From assembly GCA_013203315.1 (NCBI GenBank), contig JABMQJ010000010.1, positions 1 to 29,626 on the forward strand: DNA of 29,626 nt. The letters are read 5' to 3'. Shown one piece after another: positions 8,831-16,430 of this stretch; within the stretch, counting starts at the first letter, position 1, and every line of letters begins with the position of its first letter. A program made the position numbers and the translations under genes. Under the pieces are notes generated by a model. That model was given only the letters and a program-made list of their open reading frames with translations. It searched no databases and was not told the DNA's origin. The DNA is from Candidatus Omnitrophota bacterium (GTDB lineage: Bacteria > Omnitrophota > Gorgyraeia > JABMRN01 > RBG-13-46-9).

Positions 8831-10396
8831 TTATCGGTTGTATTTCTCAAGCGTATCGCGGATGGCGCGATCGCGCTGTGCCACTTCCGGCGGCATAATA
8901 TACTGATCTTCTCTCTTTTTAACAATGTGCGGCGTAATAAATATCAAGAGCTCCGTATCATCACCTCTTTTATACGATGATTTAAATGCCTCACCGAAAA
9001 AAGGTATATCGCCGAGAAACGGGACCTTTCTTATTGTTTTAAAATTGTCCGTTTGTATAAGCCCGCCTATCACAACCGTATCGCCGTCTTTAACAAGCAC
9101 CGTGCACGAGGCGCTTCGTACCTGCGGATCCAGGAATTGCGTGCTGAAAAATGTAGATGTTTGCGCTCTCGATACAGATGGTTCTAAATACATAAAAACT
9201 TGGCCTTTCGCATTGGCCTGGGGCGTTACTTTTAGCACTATCCCTGTTTCAACGCGTTCGGCTTTGCTTAAAACCTGGTCCCCTTCGCCGATAGTTGTGC
9301 TTTCCACGCCTATTGCCGTATTTGCCGATACCTTTATAACTGCCGGTTGATTGTTAAGGGTCATTATTTTGGGGCGGGAAAGATATTTTGTATCCTCGTC
9401 GTTAGATATCAATTTCAAAATAACTTCTGTGTTATTTGCCGTAATCGTTCCGTAATTGAAAAGGGCCGCATTTGAGAGCAGCTGGTCGTCGAAAGTTTGC
9501 TTTATCCACCATTCCGGAAACGGAAACCCTACTGGCACTTGCAGTTTTTGTGATTCATCAGAATCGGCATCTATGCCGTATTTAAAACCGAGTGTTTCGG
9601 TAAGCGACCCGTATTCCATGCCGATTCTTTTAAGCGCTGAGACTGTTGTTTCAACTATTTCCACCTGAATCATGATCTGCGGCGGCTCGACATCAAGTTC
9701 TTTTATGATAGCTTCGATAGCCTTGATATTCTCGGGAATCTCGGTAATAATGAGGCTGTTTGTTGGCTTATCCGCTATAATTTTGCCGTATTTAGTGAGA
9801 AGGCTCGAAACAATGTCAATTATGGTCTTACCTTGTGTTGCTTGCGGCATTTCAGAGCCTGCGCTGGACGCTAAGCCACCTTCGCCTGACCCGCCCATTT
9901 CCGTAATCGGAAACGCGCCTCCGGTGGAAGCAAAACCTACGTCTTCAGCCGGCATGGTCAGGCTATATGCCTGGATATAGTGTAGCTTTATCACCTTTGT
10001 TATAGTTTTTATTTCTTCGGTGCCGGATGGTTTTATTAAAAAGACGTCTCCTTTTTGCTTTTCATAGACGAGTCCGTTTGATTTCAGGATGGAACTCAGG
10101 GCTTCATCTACTGAGACGTCACTAAGATAAACTGTTACTTTCTTACCTTCAATAACTTCGCTTGCTATGAAATTGGCTCCGGTCTGCCTTGAAAAAGCTT
10201 TCAGTATATCTTTGAGCTCGGCATTTTCGAAATCAAGCGACACCCTTCTTTCCTCCATGCTTGTAATTTGTCCTGCATCACCGGCCATGGCTTCACCGGG
10301 AGGAGGCCCAATACCGGTAAGTTCCTGGGTATAACCCGTAGGCTCTGTCATTAAGAAAACTAGAGAAGTTAATATAATATAAAATTTTATTTTCAT
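8831..10396 (-). CDS. Secretin (PilQ/GspD family)
   Basis: Signal peptide, VSLDFENAELKDIL N0 domain, LDVEPPQIMIQVEIVE, GIVLKVTPQ and KVPFLGDIPFFG motifs. Confidence 0.92.
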   Translation of the reverse strand: MKIKFYIILTSLVFLMTEPTGYTQELTGIGPPPGEAMAGDAGQITSMEERRVSLDFENAELKDILKAFSRQTGANFIASEVIEGKKVTVYLSDVSVDEALSSILKSNGLVYEKQKGDVFLIKPSGTEEIKTITKVIKLHYIQAYSLTMPAEDVGFASTGGAFPITEMGGSGEGGLASSAGSEMPQATQGKTIIDIVSSLLTKYGKIIADKPTNSLIITEIPENIKAIEAIIKELDVEPPQIMIQVEIVETTVSALKRIGMEYGSLTETLGFKYGIDADSDESQKLQVPVGFPFPEWWIKQTFDDQLLSNAALFNYGTITANNTEVILKLISNDEDTKYLSRPKIMTLNNQPAVIKVSANTAIGVESTTIGEGDQVLSKAERVETGIVLKVTPQANAKGQVFMYLEPSVSRAQTSTFFSTQFLDPQVRSASCTVLVKDGDTVVIGGLIQTDNFKTIRKVPFLGDIPFFGEAFKSSYKRGDDTELLIFITPHIVKKREDQYIMPPEVAQRDRAIRDTLEKYNR

Positions 10397-10403
10397 GGTT
10401 CCC

Positions 10404-10892
10404 TCACCTCGCCTTTCCGGCTCTAAGTTCTATCTTTTTGCCGTTTTTCATAACAATAACTTTATCTTTTGCTATACTTAAGACTTTCGCGCCTACCGCG
10501 TTTTCACCTTCGCCTACAACTTCTCCGGAAATTATGGCCAGGCTTTCTTTCCCGCCCCATATCACACCTTCAAGAATGAGTTTTTCTCCCGCGGATTTGG
10601 CTGCGTTTTCGCTTGAATTAAACCCAAATAGCCCCTCGTCTTCAAGAGTTACAATCTCAGCCGGCCTTTGAAATGGGTTCCTTGCAGAGGTTCCCGTATA
10701 GGAAATATCTTCGCCGGAAAATTTTTCCATTTCGGCTTCCATGTCTTTTGTAACAAGAATATCTTTTCCAGGCTTAGCGGAAGTAAAAAGGTTGCCCTGG
10801 GTATGTTTCCGATAAATAAAATTAACGGCAAGTACGAGGATAAAACCCCCGATAACGACTTTTTGTATTAAAATCTTTTTTTCTTGGCTCAT
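10404..10892 (-). CDS. PilP/GspB-like accessory protein
   Basis: N-terminal TM, RNPF motif, LEGVIWG...AIISGEVVGEGE beta domain; located between PilO and the secretin. Confidence 0.6.
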   Translation of the reverse strand: MSQEKKILIQKVVIGGFILVLAVNFIYRKHTQGNLFTSAKPGKDILVTKDMEAEMEKFSGEDISYTGTSARNPFQRPAEIVTLEDEGLFGFNSSENAAKSAGEKLILEGVIWGGKESLAIISGEVVGEGENAVGAKVLSIAKDKVIVMKNGKKIELRAGKAR

Positions 10893-11686
10893 TTTTTTGG
10901 ACTAAATCCTGTAATTACTAACCTGAACGCAATTAGTGGTTCTCCCTTAATAGCAGGCACCGGGCGAGTCTCTTTTCCCGGCATCCCGACGCCCTCACCA
11001 ATCATTTCTTCGGTTATTCCGCCTGGAAGCTCCTCTCCGGGCATCATTCCTTCGGGAGGCATATCCTGTGGCATAGCCCCTCTCGGCATACCGTCCGGAG
11101 AAAAACCGGGATCCTCGGGGAAAGCAGGTTCTCCAAAACCAGGCCCCTCGGGTATAGTAGAAAGTCCTTCATGTCCCGGCATAAATCCTTCCATATCCGA
11201 ATACATAGATATGTCGTCAGCCCTCATGCTCAATTCCTCGGTAATAAGAAGCTTATCACTTGCTTCCAAATCGCTTATGAAGTGAGCTACATTATTATAG
11301 GAAGCCATGCCTTCTATCGCGATGCTTATTTTCAGGTGACCCTCTACGGCCCCGCTCTCAATCGGTTTTACCTCATCAAGCACAACCGACCGGTTCTTGG
11401 CGGATTTTGTTATTATCTCGATAAGCTTATACGCATTTTTTTCTACGGCGAACTCTGAGTTAAATTTGTTTGAATATTTTGTGTATTTTTCGATTTTTTT
11501 GAGGGCTTTCAGATTTTTGTTTGAGTTGTAGATAGTTTTTTGCGATTTATAAAAAGTTCCGAGGTCGTGCCTCATGAGTAAAAAATATGCAACGATACCG
11601 AGAGTCAGAAAAGATATAAGATATGCCATTTTTATCTTATCTTTTAAGATGTTTTTTAGGCTCGCTATTTCCATACTCTTATCCAC
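10889..11686 (-). CDS. PilO-like protein with Pro/Gly/Met-rich insertion
   Basis: TM plus coiled coil plus ferredoxin-like fold (ASYNNVAHFISDLE). GTG start abuts the pilM/N stop. Confidence 0.7.
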   Translation of the reverse strand: MDKSMEIASLKNILKDKIKMAYLISFLTLGIVAYFLLMRHDLGTFYKSQKTIYNSNKNLKALKKIEKYTKYSNKFNSEFAVEKNAYKLIEIITKSAKNRSVVLDEVKPIESGAVEGHLKISIAIEGMASYNNVAHFISDLEASDKLLITEELSMRADDISMYSDMEGFMPGHEGLSTIPEGPGFGEPAFPEDPGFSPDGMPRGAMPQDMPPEGMMPGEELPGGITEEMIGEGVGMPGKETRPVPAIKGEPLIAFRLVITGFSPKK

Positions 11687-13228
11687 CTATTGCAGAAGAA
11701 TCTCAAATTCCGTAACTTCCTTCTCGAGGAGGTTTTTTTTCCTCACCGAAATAAGCTTAACTTCCTTGAAACCGCTCATCATGTTTTTATCGTTACCGAT
11801 ATTTTCCAGTATGCTATTTATTACGACAATCCCCGCTTCTGTCGGGGCGTAAATGGCTCCTTCGATCGTAAGCGCTGGTTTACCATTTTTACTGATAGGG
11901 TTTCTGAAATCAATGACGTTTATCCATGAGAGCGGGGCGATGTCTTTCCCAAGTTCATTAAGTTTTTTCGTTATGTAAATCCTGTCCGAAAACACTTTAT
12001 GTATAAAGTCTGCTTTTTCTTCGGTAATATCTTCGTAGTATGTTATTTCATCGCGCGATGCGCCTGAGCTTGCGATGCCGGAGGCTTTAAAATACTTTTT
12101 TATTTCTTTTGTCAGGCTTTCTATTTTTTTGGCTTGCAGGAAATTTACGCCTGCTAACAGAATGTGCAGTGCCAGAATGCCGCATAAAATAATCCCGGCT
12201 TTTGCCGCTACGGGTTTATATATGCAGGGATCCTGCTCCGCTATTTCTCTGGGGGCAAGATTAAGGAAAGGTTCTCCCACGGCCTGACGCAGGAGAGAAA
12301 TCGCGGGAAGAAATCTATCCCGGGTTTCGTCGTTTTTTTCCTTGAATTTGAAATTAGAAAATTTTACCCTTTCTATCGTCACCCCAAAATCGTCACCGGT
12401 TATTCCTTCATTGAGAGAATAACTGAATCCGGAAATAAATATTTTATCAACCTCGCGCTTTGCTTCTTTCTTAATGTACTCAATGGTGTGCAGCACATCT
12501 GTTTCAATCGCTCCCCAGATATCTTTCAAAAGCGGGTATTTCATTTCGGTAGTCTTAAATTCATCCTCACCGGTTATAATGTTTACGCTCTTAAAAAAAT
12601 AGGGATAACGGTCTACTACACCCGTTATTACTATTTCATTGGATGGTTCGTAATGAACCGAGATATATGCTTTTTCTTTTTCCAGCTTCTGCTCGGAGTC
12701 CAGAATTCTGGCGATAAGTACTGGTGTAGGTATTATGACAGACGGCAGGATTTTTTTCTCCTGGTGATATTTTATCAGGGTATTTATATTTTTCGATTCT
12801 GACGCTACGAAGAGGACTTCCTGCGATCCGGATTTTTTGTCGCACTTTTTAAATCCAAATGCCAGATCCTCTATGGCGTAAGGAATGTATTTTTGCGCCT
12901 CGAATACAACTACCTTTTCCAGCTCATTATCCATGACCTGTTTGAAGAAAAAGCGGCGCAGTAACAAAAACTCGTCTTTTAGATTAAGGGCAATCTTTTC
13001 CGGTTTTTCTTTTTCGAATGCCTTGGAGAAAATCCTATCAAGTTCGGCTTTTGCTTCCGGTTGGGTTAGGTCTTTTACGTTTTTCAAAACCGGGTATCTC
13101 TGCATGGAGGAAATACGCACCCCGCCCAGGGTAACTTCACCCTTTACTATATCGACAAAATCTTCGCTGAGATAAACAGCGGTGCCTGAAAGTAGTAACT
13201 TTTTTATATTATCGTATATTCCTGCCAT
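11687..13228 (-). CDS. PilM-PilN-like fusion protein
   Basis: N-terminal PilM-like region (FEAQKYIPYAIEDLAFGF), then FLNLAP (INLLP-like) plus TM plus PilN-like domain (SWINVI...LTIEG). Confidence 0.7.
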   Translation of the reverse strand: MAGIYDNIKKLLLSGTAVYLSEDFVDIVKGEVTLGGVRISSMQRYPVLKNVKDLTQPEAKAELDRIFSKAFEKEKPEKIALNLKDEFLLLRRFFFKQVMDNELEKVVVFEAQKYIPYAIEDLAFGFKKCDKKSGSQEVLFVASESKNINTLIKYHQEKKILPSVIIPTPVLIARILDSEQKLEKEKAYISVHYEPSNEIVITGVVDRYPYFFKSVNIITGEDEFKTTEMKYPLLKDIWGAIETDVLHTIEYIKKEAKREVDKIFISGFSYSLNEGITGDDFGVTIERVKFSNFKFKEKNDETRDRFLPAISLLRQAVGEPFLNLAPREIAEQDPCIYKPVAAKAGIILCGILALHILLAGVNFLQAKKIESLTKEIKKYFKASGIASSGASRDEITYYEDITEEKADFIHKVFSDRIYITKKLNELGKDIAPLSWINVIDFRNPISKNGKPALTIEGAIYAPTEAGIVVINSILENIGNDKNMMSGFKEVKLISVRKKNLLEKEVTEFEILLQ

Positions 13229-13237
13229 AGCCTTTTA

Positions 13238-13954
13238 TTAAAATCGAACCTTATCGCCTCTTTTTATGCCAATGTTTACCATGGATTTGTGAAGCGCTTT
13301 TGTAATCGCCGCGTCATTACCCACTCTTTCCACCGAGACCTGCGCCAGCATCTTTCTTCCTCTAAAAATGTAGAGTACGTCGCCCTCTCTTACACCTTTT
13401 CGTTTTCCCGTATTTACCACTATAAAATCATAACGCTTATTAACCTCTAAAACCTTGCCCTTGTTTTTTAGCTTTATCGGCTTTACTTTAATGGGCGCGA
13501 GCGTTACATCGCTTGAGGAAGTTTCTTTATTCCATGGTTTTCCGGCAATTACCGATAATTTTTCTATAAGCTGGGTATTTTCGGTTTTGTATTCTTCGAT
13601 TTTATTTTTAAGTTCGTCTATTTTCTCGCCCTTATCAAAGGCTGCTTTTTCGGCAGTTGAAAGATTTTTACCGATTTCGTCCACCTCGTATTCGAGTTGT
13701 TCGATATTGCTTTCGTATTCATTCATCTTGCCGAGCAGAAGCTCGTTTTCCTCTTTGTATATTCCCAATTTGGTTTCAAGGGTTCTTCTTACTGCGGAGA
13801 AGTCGGCTATTTTGCTTGTCAGAAATGAAACTTCGCCTTTAACTTGATCTAAGTGGCTTTTAGCGCTTTCGTTTAACTCGTATAGATACCACGTAAGAGA
13901 AGCCAGGGCGCATATGAGGATGACGGCAACAATTCGCCATATGTTAAATTTCAT
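13238..13954 (-). CDS. Membrane-anchored coiled-coil protein with C-terminal beta domain
   Basis: N-terminal TM, long heptad region, C-terminal GKVLEV...VVNTGKRKGVREGD (FlgT C-terminal-like). Confidence 0.65.
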   Translation of the reverse strand: MKFNIWRIVAVILICALASLTWYLYELNESAKSHLDQVKGEVSFLTSKIADFSAVRRTLETKLGIYKEENELLLGKMNEYESNIEQLEYEVDEIGKNLSTAEKAAFDKGEKIDELKNKIEEYKTENTQLIEKLSVIAGKPWNKETSSSDVTLAPIKVKPIKLKNKGKVLEVNKRYDFIVVNTGKRKGVREGDVLYIFRGRKMLAQVSVERVGNDAAITKALHKSMVNIGIKRGDKVRF

Positions 13955-15396
13955 TTTATTTTCTCCTTGGTTTCCTTTTGCCTCTTCCCGACATCGCGCA
14001 AGATACTTATGAATATTTCGGTTAATTTTGGATCCATCTTAGTTCCGGCGAAACTCCTCATGGTTTTTATGGCTTCGGGGGCTGTCATGGCTTTTCTATA
14101 CGGCCTATCCGTCGTAATTGCGTCATACATGTCCGCTATGGAGAGCATCCGTGAGGTAAGCGGTATCTCCTCACCTTTTAAGCCGTCCGGGTAGCCTGTC
14201 CCATCATAGCTCTCATGGTGGTGCCTGACGAGTTCGCTTAATTTCGACATGGAGCGAAGCGGTTTTAAAATATTCTCCCCGATAACCGAATGGTGTTTCA
14301 TGATTTCGTATTCCTCGGGCGTAAATTTTCCTTCTTTTTTTAATATCTCGTCGCGTATCCCGAGCTTGCCGAGATCATGCAGCACCGCTCCGCCTTTTAG
14401 TACCTTTTTTGTCTCTTCGTTTATATTCAGTCTATCGGCTAATTTCATAACATACCTACCTACTCTTTCAAGGTGCCCTGCGCTATAAGCGTCTTTTGCT
14501 TCAACGGCGCGGGCTAAGGTAAGTAACGTTTCGTAATATGTTTTTTCCAGGTCCCTGCTTAATTTTAAATTCTCTATAGCTATGGCTAGTTGTCCTGCTA
14601 AATTTTCGAGAAGGAAAAGGTCTTCTGTGTCTATTTTTCCGGTATCCTTCAGGTTGCTGACACCCAGAACGCCGATAACAACGCTTTTTTCCATGATCGG
14701 AACGCAGAGCATGTTATTGTAAGAGAGGTATTCTTCTTCGGGCGGTATGTTCATTTCTTTTGATCCGCCTTTTTTTATAACCATGGGTTTTGAGGCCGTT
14801 ATAGCAAAACTTACAACGCCCTTATCCGAAGGAAGCTCCATGTTTTCGGATATGTCTTTTTGCGGGCCGGAATACGCTCTCAGAAGTAAATGTTTCATTT
14901 CGGAATCATACAGAGCCAGAAACGAACCCTCCGCTATCAGCACCTTTTTCATGGTTTGGACTATGAGCTTAAAAAGGGCATCTGTTTTGTGCGTCGAGGT
15001 TATCGCGTATCCGATCTTCTGGAAAAGTTCGCGGGTTAAACTGTGGGAAGATTCCAGGTCTTTTATTTTACTTTCCAGGTCACGCGTGATCCTGTTAAAA
15101 GCCATGGCCAGGTCCTTTAATTCGTTACCGCCAAAGGTTTCCGCGCCCCCCGAGGTGAGCTTAATGTCTTTGGTAAGGCCCGTGATTGACGTAATAATTT
15201 TTTTAAGCACAAATCCGCCGAAAGCCCCGGAAAGTATTACACAGAAAACAACAATTCCAATGTATGCTGCCGAGAATGCCGCGGCTTTTTGCGAAAGCAA
15301 CATAAATATAAGGTAAGAGGCGAGGGTGATCGGAATTACAAAAAGGAAGAAAAATATAAGGGCAGACTTAGTATGTAAAGTATCTCTTTTTTCCAT
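13951..15396 (-). CDS. Membrane GAF + HD-GYP domain protein (putative cyclic dinucleotide phosphodiesterase)
   Basis: Two TM segments, HAMP-like linker, GAF (MLCVPI...GVL), HDLGK, HHESYDGTGYPDGL and DRPYR motifs. Confidence 0.9.
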   Translation of the reverse strand: MEKRDTLHTKSALIFFFLFVIPITLASYLIFMLLSQKAAAFSAAYIGIVVFCVILSGAFGGFVLKKIITSITGLTKDIKLTSGGAETFGGNELKDLAMAFNRITRDLESKIKDLESSHSLTRELFQKIGYAITSTHKTDALFKLIVQTMKKVLIAEGSFLALYDSEMKHLLLRAYSGPQKDISENMELPSDKGVVSFAITASKPMVIKKGGSKEMNIPPEEEYLSYNNMLCVPIMEKSVVIGVLGVSNLKDTGKIDTEDLFLLENLAGQLAIAIENLKLSRDLEKTYYETLLTLARAVEAKDAYSAGHLERVGRYVMKLADRLNINEETKKVLKGGAVLHDLGKLGIRDEILKKEGKFTPEEYEIMKHHSVIGENILKPLRSMSKLSELVRHHHESYDGTGYPDGLKGEEIPLTSRMLSIADMYDAITTDRPYRKAMTAPEAIKTMRSFAGTKMDPKLTEIFISILRDVGKRQKETKEKIK

Positions 15397-15456
15397 ATTT
15401 TTTTATCACCTTTTCGCGATTGAGGTATTTCTTCTTATTTAATTACATCTGATATA

Positions 15457-15485
15457 ACTATACCACATAATATCGGGGATTGAAA
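15457..15485 (-). promoter_or_regulatory. Putative sigma70 promoter for the HD-GYP/pil operon
   Basis: Minus strand TTTCAA-N17-TATAGT with TGn extended -10. Confidence 0.45.
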
Positions 15486-15521
15486 GCGCGATAACTATCT
15501 TCTTTATTGCGTTTGTGAATT

Positions 15522-15977
15522 TTAATCCATTACAATTTCAAGAAAACTGAGTACGGTAACCAAGCTTTCTTTTTTATCTTCTTTTTTTGGAAATTTTTCC
15601 TGCCATTTGACAATAACCTCGATACGTTTAGCGTTTGTAATTTCCGACACCTTAAATTCATCGACACGATAGCTTAAAGCTCCCTTAAAACGTTCTTTAA
15701 AGTGGCCGTCCGGTAAATCGCAGATTTCCGGGTCAGTGTGGTCCCCTTCTTTAAGCGCCACTTCGAGATCACCGCCTGTTAGCGCCAGTAGCTTCTCAAG
15801 AGCGCCCCTTGCGTAGTTTACGGCCTCAAGCCTGTGCAAAGTGCGCACAAAAAGCCGTTCTTCCATTATATAGACTCCCGCTATGCCGCTTCCGACTACT
15901 GCAAGAATAAGAGAGGCCACAAGCACCTCGAGTAAGGTAAATCCTTTTTTATTCATCTTTTTTACTTTTATTTCCAT
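15522..15977 (-). CDS. Minor pilin (PilV-like)
   Basis: KKG|FTLLEVLVAS prepilin motif; true start may be the second Met. Confidence 0.85.
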   Translation of the reverse strand: MEIKVKKMNKKGFTLLEVLVASLILAVVGSGIAGVYIMEERLFVRTLHRLEAVNYARGALEKLLALTGGDLEVALKEGDHTDPEICDLPDGHFKERFKGALSYRVDEFKVSEITNAKRIEVIVKWQEKFPKKEDKKESLVTVLSFLEIVMD

Positions 15978-16411
15978 TTTATGATCGGCATCCTTCTAGC
16001 TTTGTCTTTGGGGTACCCGTATGTAAAATAGGTTCTCCTTAAATTGTAAAGCGCGGGGTCATGCTCTTCTTCGCATACTACTACCCTTGTAACATTGTTT
16101 ATCCTGGCCTCGCCTTCTATTATCATGACGTCATCCCGTTTTTCACGCCTCACGTTAATTATATCGTCACCTTCGGGTGTAATCGAAAATGTCAGGCTCA
16201 AAGGGCTGTTGACAGGGTCGGTGTAATAGAGATACCTCATGTACTCTATGCCGGCGGATCCAAGATAATACGCCTTTGTGGAATTGATGTACCTGGTGGC
16301 AATCTGAATTCGGTAAAGAACAGATAATGAATATGCCGCAACCATGATAGAAAGGACCGCCCCTACCACTAACACAAGCACTATGACAAAACCTTTATTA
16401 TTTCGCTTCAT
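15968..16411 (-). CDS. Minor pilin (PilX/GspK-like)
   Basis: NKG|FVIVLVL lacking Glu5; KAYYLGSAGIEY motif. Confidence 0.8.
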   Translation of the reverse strand: MKRNNKGFVIVLVLVVGAVLSIMVAAYSLSVLYRIQIATRYINSTKAYYLGSAGIEYMRYLYYTDPVNSPLSLTFSITPEGDDIINVRREKRDDVMIIEGEARINNVTRVVVCEEEHDPALYNLRRTYFTYGYPKDKARRMPIIKWK

Positions 16412-16430
16412 CGTCTATCCTTGCTATTTT

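Noticed and set aside
8815-8925. 37-aa N-terminal extension of PilB in the ORF track
   Set aside because: It overlaps the secretin 3' end; ATG 8814 has an RBS and starts right before the conserved domain.
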